Below are positions 18,982 through 28,599 of a stretch of 64,000 nt of DNA, one piece after another. This DNA is from Candidatus Rariloculaceae bacterium. GTDB lineage: Bacteria; Pseudomonadota; Gammaproteobacteria; Steroidobacterales; Rariloculaceae. Position 1 is the first letter of the stretch. Each line of letters starts with the position of its first letter. A program made the position numbers and the translations under genes. Location: assembly GCA_965223375.1 (NCBI GenBank), contig OZ245000.1, positions 2,616,582 through 2,680,581 of the forward strand. Reading direction: 5' to 3'. The notes below the pieces were generated by a model. That model was not told where the DNA came from. It was given only the letters and a program-made list of their open reading frames with translations, and searched no databases.

Positions 18982-19058
18982 CAATTGCTGCCTGCCGGCT
19001 CGGCGGGCGGGCGACGTTGGGGGAGAACGTCGCGCGCCTGATGCAGTGCCTGATCGCG

Positions 19059-19340
19059 TCAGCCGCGCTTCGGCATCTCGCTCACGGCCAGCCGGATTAC
19101 CGGCATCGTGATCCTCTCGACCTCGCGTTCCACGTTAGCGCGGATCGTCTGGTCGACGTGGCGGGCGTTTCGGTCCATTCGAGCCCGAAACTCCGCGTCG
19201 AACGCCTCGACCTGCCGGACCGCAGCGTCGCCATAGGCGATGACCACTTCGGTCGCCGCGGCCGGACCGGCGCCGCCGAGGCCGATGATCAGACCGGCCA
19301 TCGACGCCGCCGCCGGGGTTGCCAATTTCCGTATGAGCAT
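19059..19340 (-). CDS. small hypothetical exported protein (93 aa), putative sigma-54-dependent target
   Basis: ATG at 19340 is preceded by GAGGGA 7 nt upstream. MLIRKLATPAAASMAGLIIGLGGAGPAAA is a signal-like N-terminus. It lies downstream of a sigma-54 promoter. The ORF track TTG start is at 19361. Confidence 0.5.
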   Translation of the reverse strand: MLIRKLATPAAASMAGLIIGLGGAGPAAATEVVIAYGDAAVRQVEAFDAEFRARMDRNARHVDQTIRANVEREVERITMPVIRLAVSEMPKRG

Positions 19341-19436
19341 GTCCAGTTCCCTCTGTACCAAATATCCGTACTACTATCCGTCCACGAAACTCCGATAACG
19401 TCCAATCCTTGCCGTCATCGTTCCTGGACAGGTAAA

Positions 19437-19452
19437 TGCAGTTTGCGTGCCA
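19437..19452 (-). promoter_or_regulatory. sigma-54 (-24/-12) promoter
   Basis: The minus strand reads TGGCACGCAAACTGCA against the consensus TGGCACG-N4-TTGCA. There is one mismatch and the GG-to-GC spacing is correct. It is ~87 nt upstream of the 19340 ATG and faces away from the adjacent bEBP gene. Confidence 0.7.
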
Positions 19453-19535
19453 GGTCCTGGATACCAAAAAACAGCCACTTAGGCTTGAAAAAGGCACGGA
19501 AAACCGTAATATCACGGATTACCGTATTTCATGTA

Positions 19536-19547
19536 ACGAAATTTCGT
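19536..19547. promoter_or_regulatory. perfect 12-bp palindrome ACGAAATTTCGT, candidate activator (UAS) site
   Basis: Located ~85 nt upstream of the sigma-54 -24 element and 9 nt upstream of the activator ATG. Related cgtaat/cgtatt half-sites occur at 19504-19530. A-tracts lie between this palindrome and the promoter. Confidence 0.35.
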
Positions 19548-19555
19548 AATTTCTG

Positions 19556-21376
19556 ATGGCCGAGACGAATCGCTATCTGTGGCTGTTCCGCAAGAGCCCT
19601 GCGCTGACGGTCTCGACCGACGAGGACGGCTACTTCGTCGACGCGAGCGACGCCTGGCTCGCCCGTTTCGGCTATGCGCGGGATGAGATCACCGGGTACC
19701 GGCCACAGGACCTCGCGAGCCGTGACGCGGCAGCGAGAATGGAAGGCGAATACCTGCCGCTCTTCCGCCGCATCGGTCGTGTCGACCAGGTGCCGGTCGA
19801 TGTAGTCACGAAAACCGGTGAAGTCGTCGATTGCCTCGCAAGCGCGGTCGTCGAATATGCCGACAGCGGCGACTACATACGCACGGTCATCGTCTATACC
19901 GAGGTTGCCAACGAGGCCCGCCTCGAGGAGCACTACCGGGATCTCTACCGCCGAACGCCGGCAATGCTGCACACGGTCGACGCGCGCGGCCGAATCGTGC
20001 ACGTCAGCGACCATTGGCTCACGAAGCTCGGCTACGAGCGCAGCGAGGTCATCGGTCGGCTGATCACGGACTTCATGTCGGCCGATACGCGGGCGGCGCT
20101 GCCGCCGCAGCGCCTCAGCGATGTCATCGCGCATGGCAACCTGAACAACGAGCCGCGAACGTTTCTGACGAAGCGCGGCGAGATCGTCGAGACGCTGGTC
20201 TCGTCGGCCGCCGATTACGGTGAAGGCGGAGAGCTCGTTGCTCTGCATGTCGCGTCGAAGGACGTGACGGAGCGCAATGCCGCGGAGCGTCGATTGCGGG
20301 CTGCGTTCGAGGAGAACGCGCGCCTGCGCGAAGAGCTGGAGCGTGAGCGCGACTACCTGCGCCAGGAGGTGGAGGTGTCGATGAACTTCGGCCGGATCAT
20401 CGGCGAGAGCCCGGCGCTGAAGAAGATGCTCGCGCGGCTCGAAGCGGTCGCGCAAACGGACGCGAACGTGCTGATCCAGGGTGAGTCCGGCGTCGGCAAG
20501 GAGCTCGTCGCCCACGTGGTGCACGCGCGTAGTGCCCGCAACAACGGTCCGCTCGTCAAAGTGAACTGCGCATCGATTCCCGATGAGCTGTTCGAGAGTG
20601 AATTCTTCGGTCACGTCAAGGGCGCCTTCACCGGGGCGCATCGGGACAGGGTCGGGCGTTTCGAGCTCGCCGACGGCGGCACGCTCTTTCTCGACGAGAT
20701 CAGCGAGATTCCGCTCGCGCTGCAAGGCAAGCTGCTGCGGGTGCTGCAGGAAAGCGAGTATGAGCGGGTCGGCGACGAGACCACGCGCTCCGTCGACGTG
20801 CGTGTCGTTGCGGCGACGAACCGGGATCTCGAAGCGGCGGTGCAAAGCGGTGAGTTTCGCGAGGATCTCTACTATCGCCTGAGCGTCTTTCCGGTGGACG
20901 TGCCGCCGCTCAGGGAACGCGGCGACGATGTCGTGCAGATTGCGCAGCATTTCCTCGAGCGGACCTGCACCGACTTCGGCCATCGGCCGCTGACGCTCTC
21001 GCGCAGACAGGCCGCGCTGCTGACCCGGTACGACTGGCCGGGCAACATCCGGGAGCTTAAGAACGTGATCGAGCGCGCCGTCATCCTGTCGCAGGGCAAG
21101 GTTCTGCGGCTCGATCTGGCGATGTCCAACGTGCTGGATGCGGACCCGGTTGCCGCGGACGATCACGACGATGCGGCGGTAGCCGAACGGCGCGTTCTGA
21201 CCGACGATGAGCTTAAGGATCTGGAGCGCAGCAACATCGTGACCGCGCTCGAGCAGTCCGGCTGGCGCGTCGCCGGACCGCGCGGCGCGGCCCGGCTGCT
21301 CGGTGTCAAGCCGACGACGCTCGCCGATCGGATCAAGCGCTTCGGTATCGAGCGAGCGACGGCCGGCGCAGCCTGA
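19556..21376 (+). CDS. sigma-54-dependent transcriptional activator with two PAS domains (bEBP)
   Basis: Two PAS-like repeats (aa ~10-120 and ~130-240). AAA+ core with [15 protein letters not shown] (Walker A), [15 protein letters not shown] (GAFTGA loop), GGTLFLDEI and DLYYRL. C-terminal Fis-type [24 protein letters not shown]. Confidence 0.95.
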   Translation: MAETNRYLWLFRKSPALTVSTDEDGYFVDASDAWLARFGYARDEITGYRPQDLASRDAAARMEGEYLPLFRRIGRVDQVPVDVVTKTGEVVDCLASAVVEYADSGDYIRTVIVYTEVANEARLEEHYRDLYRRTPAMLHTVDARGRIVHVSDHWLTKLGYERSEVIGRLITDFMSADTRAALPPQRLSDVIAHGNLNNEPRTFLTKRGEIVETLVSSAADYGEGGELVALHVASKDVTERNAAERRLRAAFEENARLREELERERDYLRQEVEVSMNFGRIIGESPALKKMLARLEAVAQTDANVLIQGESGVGKELVAHVVHARSARNNGPLVKVNCASIPDELFESEFFGHVKGAFTGAHRDRVGRFELADGGTLFLDEISEIPLALQGKLLRVLQESEYERVGDETTRSVDVRVVAATNRDLEAAVQSGEFREDLYYRLSVFPVDVPPLRERGDDVVQIAQHFLERTCTDFGHRPLTLSRRQAALLTRYDWPGNIRELKNVIERAVILSQGKVLRLDLAMSNVLDADPVAADDHDDAAVAERRVLTDDELKDLERSNIVTALEQSGWRVAGPRGAARLLGVKPTTLADRIKRFGIERATAGAA

Positions 21377-21407
21377 CATAACGGCTCGCCGGCTGCGGCA
21401 TCGATTC

Positions 21408-21434
21408 TTGACCAAACGCGTTTTGCGCTATTAT
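21408..21434 (+). promoter_or_regulatory. possible sigma-70 promoter (TTGACC-N15-TATTAT)
   Basis: ttgacc at 21408-21413 and tattat at 21429-21434, ~100 nt upstream of the ATG at 21534. The spacer is short (15-16 nt). Confidence 0.35.
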
Positions 21435-21533
21435 CGGTAGCGGACGGTCGGACAGGTCGCAGCGGTGCACTTCTTACCCGCCTAAGGTCTGTCGCCGAAA
21501 GCCTTAAATAACAACAATAATTCAGGGGCTCCG

Positions 21534-21911
21534 ATGTCCGAAATCAATGCCAGATTCGAGGCGGCTATGGACCACCTCGTCGCCGACGGGCCGGTGAAAG
21601 TGCGCTTGGTCCGTGCTTATGTCGAAAATTTGCAGGGTCTCAGCGCCCGCGAGCTGCCGGAGGAAGCGGGTAGCCTCTATCGCGATCTCGCCCAGGCGAT
21701 GCAGGCGGTATCGCCGGTCGGACGGGCGTCGCCGGTTCAGGCCAGCGTGCAGAAGATGTCGATTCGCGAGGCGACGGCCCACGCGCATACGATTGTCGAG
21801 CTTTACCGGTTGCTGATGACGACCGAGCGCCACGGGGATCATCTGAAGATCGTGGATCCCGAGCCGGATCCGTCGCTCGAGCCACCGGCGTTTCTGCTCG
21901 CCGGCAGCTGA
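21534..21911 (+). CDS. hypothetical protein (125 aa)
   Basis: ATG follows an AT-rich leader. Coding-like GC3. MSEINARFEAAMDHLVADGPVKVRLVRAYVENLQGL... No family recognised. Confidence 0.5.
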   Translation: MSEINARFEAAMDHLVADGPVKVRLVRAYVENLQGLSARELPEEAGSLYRDLAQAMQAVSPVGRASPVQASVQKMSIREATAHAHTIVELYRLLMTTERHGDHLKIVDPEPDPSLEPPAFLLAGS

Positions 21912-22001
21912 GCCGGCCGGCTCCGGCCGCACCTTTTAATACTGCGACCTCCGTCACCGTGAGTGTGAGGGGAAGGTCTCAAAATATGCACTCGTTGCCT
22001 A

Positions 22002-24455
22002 TTGAGAGACGGTTTCTCCGTGACGACTGCGATTCAGCCGGCGCTTGCGCCCGATTCGGAAGGTCTCGACCCGACGTCCCAGACCTTCATGCCCTATGCC
22101 CAGCTCGCGAAGATGCTCGTGCCGAGCTCGGGCTGCCTCAGCCTCTACCTGCCGAGCGGCGATTTGCGCTGGTCCTCGGAGGGCTTCGAGAAACCCGATT
22201 TTCGTGAACTCGTCGACAAGCTGATCGGCGATGATGAACTGTCCGCGCAGGGGACGGTGCAAACGACATCGACCGGCATATCCGCCTACGTGGCGCCCGT
22301 GCTCACCGCCGGCATCGAGCCGCTCGGCTATCTGGTGGTCGAGCTCACATCGAACCGCGTGCAGGCGCAGGGTCTTGCGAGCCACCTGCTGAATCCGCTG
22401 ACCGAATGTTTGTCCTCGAGCCTCGCGCTCGACGCGCCAACGCCCGCAACGGTTGCCCCGCCGGCAGCCGTGCCGGTCGACTCGGTTGTCGACGACGCCG
22501 GGGAAGTCTCGCCGGCTGCTGTGCCGGTCCCGGCGGCCGAAGCGGCCGCGGAACCCGCGCCCGCTGTCGAACCGGTCGCGCCGGCCGCTGCCGACACGCC
22601 TGCCCCAACGGCGGCGCCGGAGCCGGTCGCCGCTGCGGCGCAGGCGCAACTCGTACCGTCAGACGCGGCCCCGGTAACCGCGCCGGACGCCGCGGCGGGT
22701 GTGGCCGCGGCGCTTGCGCCCGGTGCCGACGCGCAAGATCTCGACTTTCTGATCGCCGTCAGTGAAGTCACCGCGGCCGGCAAGGACGGTATCCGCGCCT
22801 TGCTCGAGCGCTGTCTCGATGCGCTGGGCTGCGAGTCCGCCGCATTCATGTCGCCCGAAGACGGGCAGTCGGTGATCGTCCATCGTGCCGCCGCGCGCGC
22901 CGATGCCGGCGTTTCGTTCGTCGGCCGCGCCCGCCGCCATCTGATGGCATGGGCGCAGCTGAACAACCGGCCGATGATCGTCAATCGCGTCAGCCAGGCT
23001 CCGGCTGTCGCCCCATACAAGATACTGGCCTGCCCGGTTCGTGCCTCGAACCGCGAACTCGCCGGGCTCGTCGCATTATTTCGGGCTGCCGCCGCCGAGA
23101 ACTTCGAGCAGCGGGACGTGCAACTGCTCGAGTTCGTTTGCCGGCGCGTCGTCGCGTCGCTGTCGAACGAGGCGGCGGCCGATCCGCTGGCCAGTCTGCT
23201 GGCACGGTCGGCATTCGAGCGCTCCGTGGCCGTCAACCTCAGTGCCGACTCGGACGATGCAGCCGGGGTCACGCCGGGTGTCCTGATGCAGATCGGGATC
23301 GACCGCCTGCAGGCCATCAACGACGAGTTCGGACTCGACACCGGGGACGCCGTGATTCGCAAGATCGTTGCGCGTATCCGGACCAGAGTCCGCGATGTCG
23401 GCTTGCTCACACGCCTGTCGGGGGACAGCTTTGCGCTCTTCTTTGCCGGCGCGTCGCGGGCGCAGGCCGAGGACGCCGCCCGGCGGCTGATCGACGATAT
23501 CGCCCGGATCGAGATCCGTTTCCGGTCCGAGGCGGTTCCGGTGTCGGTGAGTATCGGCATCGCCCTGCGCGCGAAGGCGAGCGACACGGCGGCGACACTG
23601 ATCACCGCCGCGGCAGGCGCTATCGCGCGTGCCAGGCGCGAGGGTGGCGCCCGCTTCGTCGTCGCCGCCGATCACGGCGCGCCGCCAGCGGTGGTGCAGC
23701 CGGTGGCCGCCGCGGAGTTGCGCGATGCGCTGGCCGCCGACCGTCTCGTGCTGCTGGCCCAGCCGATTGTCGGCTTCGCTAGCTCGAGCACCGCTGCCGG
23801 TTACGAGACGCTGGTCCGCCTGGCGGACGACGGCGGAAATCTGCTGGCACCGGAGCGGTTCATGTCGGTGGCCCGGCAGTACGGCATGCTCCCGGCCATC
23901 GATACCTGGGTGTTCAGCCGGCTCGTTGCATCGGTCGCGCCCCACGCTGCCGAATTCGGCTCGCTGCCGCTCGGCATCGCGGTCAATGTGTCGGATGCGT
24001 CGCTGTTGAGCCCGAACTATCTGGAGACGCTGGTCACCGAGATCAGCGAGTCCGGGCTGCCGGGGCAGATGTTCACGTTCGAGATCGCCGAAGCCGCGGC
24101 CATCGCGAACCTCAATCAGACCGAGCAGTTCATCGAACGGCTGCACGAGACCGGCGCGCGCGTCGCGCTCGATCGCTTCGGCAGCTGTCTGGCCTCGCTG
24201 ATTCAGCTGCGACGCCTGCGCGTGGACCACCTGAAGGTGGCCGGGGCACTCGTGCGGGCGGTCCCCGACGATCCCTACGTCGAGGCGATGTTGCTGGGTC
24301 TCGCGCAGGCTGCGCAGAGCCTCGACCTGCCGATCGTCGCGGAGCAGATCGAAAACGAGCCTCTCGCCGAGAAGCTCGAGGCGATGGGCTTCGGCTACGG
24401 ACAGGGGTTCGCGTTTGGCAAACCCGCTGCGTTTGCCGAGGTGCTGGAGGCCTGA
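22002..24455 (+). CDS. GAF-GGDEF-EAL signalling protein with degenerate catalytic motifs
   Basis: GAF-like region (aa ~240-400). GGDEF domain with RLSGDSFALFF at the GG(D/E)EF position. EAL domain with YETLVRL, AVNVS, FEIAE, ALDRFGS, HLKVAG, VAEQIENE and GQGFAFGKP. The start is uncertain: TTG at 22002 or ATG at 22089. Confidence 0.9.
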   Translation: MRDGFSVTTAIQPALAPDSEGLDPTSQTFMPYAQLAKMLVPSSGCLSLYLPSGDLRWSSEGFEKPDFRELVDKLIGDDELSAQGTVQTTSTGISAYVAPVLTAGIEPLGYLVVELTSNRVQAQGLASHLLNPLTECLSSSLALDAPTPATVAPPAAVPVDSVVDDAGEVSPAAVPVPAAEAAAEPAPAVEPVAPAAADTPAPTAAPEPVAAAAQAQLVPSDAAPVTAPDAAAGVAAALAPGADAQDLDFLIAVSEVTAAGKDGIRALLERCLDALGCESAAFMSPEDGQSVIVHRAAARADAGVSFVGRARRHLMAWAQLNNRPMIVNRVSQAPAVAPYKILACPVRASNRELAGLVALFRAAAAENFEQRDVQLLEFVCRRVVASLSNEAAADPLASLLARSAFERSVAVNLSADSDDAAGVTPGVLMQIGIDRLQAINDEFGLDTGDAVIRKIVARIRTRVRDVGLLTRLSGDSFALFFAGASRAQAEDAARRLIDDIARIEIRFRSEAVPVSVSIGIALRAKASDTAATLITAAAGAIARARREGGARFVVAADHGAPPAVVQPVAAAELRDALAADRLVLLAQPIVGFASSSTAAGYETLVRLADDGGNLLAPERFMSVARQYGMLPAIDTWVFSRLVASVAPHAAEFGSLPLGIAVNVSDASLLSPNYLETLVTEISESGLPGQMFTFEIAEAAAIANLNQTEQFIERLHETGARVALDRFGSCLASLIQLRRLRVDHLKVAGALVRAVPDDPYVEAMLLGLAQAAQSLDLPIVAEQIENEPLAEKLEAMGFGYGQGFAFGKPAAFAEVLEA

Positions 24456-24505
24456 GCCCGGCACTCTATAATCGGATCGGTATTCTGTTAAATACCGAGG
24501 CCCGC

Positions 24506-25102
24506 ATGCTCCGACCGGTACTGGTCATCGTCACTGCGCTGCTTGCCCAGGCTGTTGCGGCCCAGGAGACGGCATACGTCACCGACATCCTCAGGCTCGG
24601 TATTCATCGCGCCGCCGATACCAGCGACAGCCCGTTCCGCAATCTCGTCAGCGGCACCCAGCTGACCGTGCTCGAACGCACGACCAACTACGCGCGCGTG
24701 CGGACCGAGGATGGCGAGGAAGGCTGGGTGCGCTCGGCCTTCATCGTGACCGACAAGCCGGCGGTGCTGATCGTCGATGAGACGCGCGCCGAGCTCGACG
24801 CGGCGCTTGCCCGTGCGGCCGCGGCCGAGACGTCGATGGCCGAAGCCGAGGCGCGGGTCGGCAGAATGACGGAAGAGCTGACGCTGAAGATCGATGCGGC
24901 GGACGCCGTGCAGGATACGCTCGCGGGCCTGCAGGAGGAGAATGCCGGCTACGAGGCGCTGCTCGGCCGATATCGGGGCGCCGTGCCGATCGTCTGGGTC
25001 GTCGGTGCCGTCGTCGTCGCCTTCAGCGGCGGTGTGCTGCTCGGGACCTGGTGGCTCGATCGGCGCATCCGTCGCCGCTTCGGCGGCCACCGTATTTACT
25101 GA
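24506..25102 (+). CDS. SH3 domain protein (TIGR04211-like): signal peptide, SH3b, coiled coil, C-terminal TM
   Basis: MLRPVLVIVTALLAQAVAAQE signal peptide. YVTDILRLGIH...TNYARVRTEDGEEGWVRSAFI (SH3b). Coiled coil, then TM IVWVVGAVVVAFSGGVLLGTWW. Confidence 0.8.
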   Translation: MLRPVLVIVTALLAQAVAAQETAYVTDILRLGIHRAADTSDSPFRNLVSGTQLTVLERTTNYARVRTEDGEEGWVRSAFIVTDKPAVLIVDETRAELDAALARAAAAETSMAEAEARVGRMTEELTLKIDAADAVQDTLAGLQEENAGYEALLGRYRGAVPIVWVVGAVVVAFSGGVLLGTWWLDRRIRRRFGGHRIY

Positions 25103-25740
25103 CGCTGTTCCTGCAGCGCGGCAGTGCGCTGCTGCGCCAGCCGACGCTGCCGCAGGCGGATACTCCGGACGACGCGAAAACCGAGCAGCAGCGTGAGGAT
25201 CGTGGCGTAGACCAGCGGCTCACGGATATCGATTTTCACCTGCCAGAAGAAATGCACGAGTCCCAGGATCGCGACGCCGTATACGGCGCGGTGCAGCGTG
25301 ACCCAGCGCCGGCCGAGGCGACGCTGCATGCCCCTGGTCGACGTCACGGCCAGCGGGATCATTCCGACCAGCGCGAGCATGCCGACCGTGATGTAGGGGC
25401 GTTCCGCGATGTCCGTGAACAGCATCGGCCAGTCGAGCCGCAGATCGAGCGCGGCATACGTCACGAAATGCAGCGCGATATAGAAGAAACTGAACAGACC
25501 GAGCAGCCGGCGCACGCGCACCAGCTGGTTCATGCCGGTCAGCATGCGGGCCGGTGTGACGGCAAGGCTGATCAGCAGGATGTTGAGACCCGTCTTCCCG
25601 CAGGTCAGCAGCACGGTCTCGACCGGATTGGCACCGAGACTCTGTCCCCACAGCCCGAAAGCCTGCGACACGAGCAGACCGAAAGGCGCCAGGCAGCCGA
25701 TCCAGATCAGCGTCTTCAGCAGCAGCAGAGAATTCCGCAC
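25096..25740 (-). CDS. msrQ: protein-methionine-sulfoxide reductase heme-binding subunit
   Basis: 214 aa polytopic membrane protein immediately downstream of msrP. Conserved His-containing helices (ALHFVTYA, VHFFWQVK). Confidence 0.9.
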   Translation of the reverse strand: MRNSLLLLKTLIWIGCLAPFGLLVSQAFGLWGQSLGANPVETVLLTCGKTGLNILLISLAVTPARMLTGMNQLVRVRRLLGLFSFFYIALHFVTYAALDLRLDWPMLFTDIAERPYITVGMLALVGMIPLAVTSTRGMQRRLGRRWVTLHRAVYGVAILGLVHFFWQVKIDIREPLVYATILTLLLGFRVVRSIRLRQRRLAQQRTAALQEQRQ

Positions 25741-25770
25741 GGCAACTGAATCGTTCGGCGGACCGGTGGC

Positions 25771-26733
25771 TCAGTGGTTGCGAATCAGGTCCATGCCGCG
25801 ATAGAGCTCGCCGACCTCTTCCTGATAGCCGTTGAAGAGCAATGTCGGCGTGCGCTCGGCAAAGAGCCCGCTGCCGAGCCGTGTCTCGTAGGCCTGGCTC
25901 CAGCGCGGATGCGCTCTTTCGGGATTCACGTTCGAGTAGAAGCCGTACTCGTTCGCCGCAGCCATGTTCCAGCTCGTTCGGGGCTCGTCGGTCGTGAAAT
26001 GAATCCGTACGATCGACTTGATGCTCTTGTAGCCGTACTTCCACGGCACGATCAGTCGCAGCGGTGCGCCGTTCTGGTTCGGCAGGACCTTGCCGTAAAC
26101 ACCGACGGTCAGCAGCGTCAGCGGGTGCATCGCCTCGTCCATCCTGAGGCCCTCGCGATACGGCCATTCGAGGACGCGCGAGCGCACGCCGGGCATCTGT
26201 CGCGGATCATTCAGCGTAAAGAACTGCACGTAGCGGGCACCGGAGCCCGGCTCGAAGCGTTGCAACAGGTCACCGAGCGGGAAACCGACCCACGGCACGA
26301 CCATCGACCAGCGTTCGACGCAGCGGAAGCGGTAAATACGGTCCTCGAGCGTGTGCGGCCGCAGGATGTCCTCGAGCGTGTACGTGCCGGTCCTCCCGGC
26401 TTCGCCCGTGACTTCGACGGACCAGGGGCTGGTTTCGAGCGTATGCGCATTGCGGGCCGGATCGCCCTTGCCGGTCCCGAACTCGTAGTAATTGTTGTAG
26501 GTGGTGATGTCTTCCCAGCTGTTCGGCTCGATGTCCGGTGAATCGGGCCAGGGTGCAAGCCCCGTAAATTCACCGTCGGCCGGCATCGCGGCTGCGCCGA
26601 CATCGGCCTGACAGCCGGGCAGCAGGCCGGCCGCCAGCGCTGCCTGAATCAGCTTGCGCCGGTCGAAGAAGGTGCTTTCCGGCGTGATCTCGGAAGGCAT
26701 GATCCGATTTCGGTTCCGTTTCATCGTCGTCAC
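25771..26733 (-). CDS. msrP: protein-methionine-sulfoxide reductase catalytic (molybdopterin) subunit
   Basis: Tat-type leader [16 protein letters not shown]. Long collinear matches to E. coli MsrP/YedY as recalled: [82 protein letters not shown]. Confidence 0.95.
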   Translation of the reverse strand: MTTMKRNRNRIMPSEITPESTFFDRRKLIQAALAAGLLPGCQADVGAAAMPADGEFTGLAPWPDSPDIEPNSWEDITTYNNYYEFGTGKGDPARNAHTLETSPWSVEVTGEAGRTGTYTLEDILRPHTLEDRIYRFRCVERWSMVVPWVGFPLGDLLQRFEPGSGARYVQFFTLNDPRQMPGVRSRVLEWPYREGLRMDEAMHPLTLLTVGVYGKVLPNQNGAPLRLIVPWKYGYKSIKSIVRIHFTTDEPRTSWNMAAANEYGFYSNVNPERAHPRWSQAYETRLGSGLFAERTPTLLFNGYQEEVGELYRGMDLIRNH

Positions 26734-26740
26734 CCTGTAG

Positions 26741-27268
<528 letters not shown>

Positions 27269-27300
27269 ACTGCCGGCCTCCCGAGCCAACAGGAAGAACA

Positions 27301-28599
27301 ATGAAAAGAATCTCGCACGCCCTGGTTGCGCTAGCGACCGTACCCCTCTGGCCATCGGCCGTCTTCGCGCAGACGCTCGATAGTGGCGATGCTGCGTGGC
27401 TGATGACGTCGACGGCGCTCGTGCTGTTCATGACACTGCCCGGACTAGCGCTCTTCTACGGCGGACTCGTGCGGACCAAGAACGTGCTGTCGGTGCTGAT
27501 GCAGTGTTTCGCGATCTGCTGTGCCGTCACGCTGGTGTGGGTCGCATTCGGGTACTCGCTGGCATTCGGCGATACGCTGTTCGCAGGCGCCGGCCTCGTC
27601 GGTGACCTCTCCCGCGCATGGCTCGCAGGTATCGACCTCGAAACGGTCAGCGGGACGATTCCGGAATCGGTCTTCGCGATGTTCCAGCTGACGTTTGCCA
27701 TCATTACGCCGGCTCTGATCGTCGGCGGCTTCGCCGAGCGCATGCGCTTTCCCGCGATGCTGCTCTTCTCGATTGCCTGGCTCGTGATCGTCTACCTGCC
27801 GGTCACGCACTGGGTCTGGGACGATGAGGGCTGGCTGTTCGCGTTGAACTTCCGGGATTTCGCCGGGGGTGCCGTCGTGCACGTGAATGCCGGCGTCGCT
27901 GCGGTGGTCGCAGCCCTCGTGCTCGGGCGGCGCAGCGGTTTTCCGTCGACACCGATGCCGCCGCACAACTTGACGATTACCGTCGCCGGCGCATCGATGC
28001 TCTGGGTGGGCTGGTTCGGATTCAACGGCGGCAGCGCGCTCAGCGCCGGCGGTGCTGCCGGAATGGCGATCCTGGTCACGCATATTTCCGCTGCGGCCGG
28101 TTCGCTCGCCTGGATGGCGATGGAATGGCTCCGCTTCGGCAAGCCAAGCGTGCTCGGTATCGTGACCGGCATGGTGGCCGGCCTCGGCACGATCACGCCG
28201 GCCTCGGGGTTCGTCGGCCCACAAGGCGCGTTGATCATCGGCCTCCTCGCCGGCGTCGTCTGCTTCCTGGCGACGCAGTTCATCAAGCGCAAGCTCGAGA
28301 TCGACGATTCGCTCGACGTCTTTCCGGTCCACGGCGTCGGTGGCTTCCTCGGTTTGCTGCTGACCGCGTTTTTCTCGGTCTGGGCAGGCGGTGTTGCGCC
28401 GCTGCCCGACGGTCAGACGATCGGCGGTCAGTTCGGCGTGCAGCTCACGGGTGCGCTCGCTACGGCCATCTGGTGCGGTATCGCGACGTTCGTGCTGCTG
28501 AAGCTGATCGGCGTGCTGATGCCGCTCAGAGTGAACGCCGACGACGAATCGCAGGGTCTCGATCTGACGCAGCACGAGGAACGCGGCTATAACCTGTAG
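27301..28599 (+). CDS. amtB: ammonium transporter
   Basis: 432 aa. Signal-like N-terminus and 11-12 TM segments. AFGY, DFAGGAVVHVNAG, WFGFNGGSA and VHGVGG motifs. Confidence 0.97.
   Translation: MKRISHALVALATVPLWPSAVFAQTLDSGDAAWLMTSTALVLFMTLPGLALFYGGLVRTKNVLSVLMQCFAICCAVTLVWVAFGYSLAFGDTLFAGAGLVGDLSRAWLAGIDLETVSGTIPESVFAMFQLTFAIITPALIVGGFAERMRFPAMLLFSIAWLVIVYLPVTHWVWDDEGWLFALNFRDFAGGAVVHVNAGVAAVVAALVLGRRSGFPSTPMPPHNLTITVAGASMLWVGWFGFNGGSALSAGGAAGMAILVTHISAAAGSLAWMAMEWLRFGKPSVLGIVTGMVAGLGTITPASGFVGPQGALIIGLLAGVVCFLATQFIKRKLEIDDSLDVFPVHGVGGFLGLLLTAFFSVWAGGVAPLPDGQTIGGQFGVQLTGALATAIWCGIATFVLLKLIGVLMPLRVNADDESQGLDLTQHEERGYNL

Noticed and set aside
19529-21415. 628-aa ORF antisense to the sigma-54 activator. 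Similar long antisense ORFs: 8980-10329, 10618-12021, 23076-24464, 47935-49869, 52958-54343, 55746-57641 and 42574-43647.
   Set aside because: Each lies opposite a gene with clear family motifs. Their translations are Arg/Ala/Gly/Pro-rich with no motifs. In ~68% GC DNA, stop codons are rare on the antisense strand, so these are treated as GC-driven shadow ORFs.
24456-24505. Hairpin cggtatt-ctgtta-aataccg and a TATAAT box between the GGDEF-EAL gene and the SH3 gene.
   Set aside because: The 7-bp stem is AT-rich with no U-tract, and no convincing -35 element sits at the right spacing. This is too weak to call as either a terminator or a promoter.
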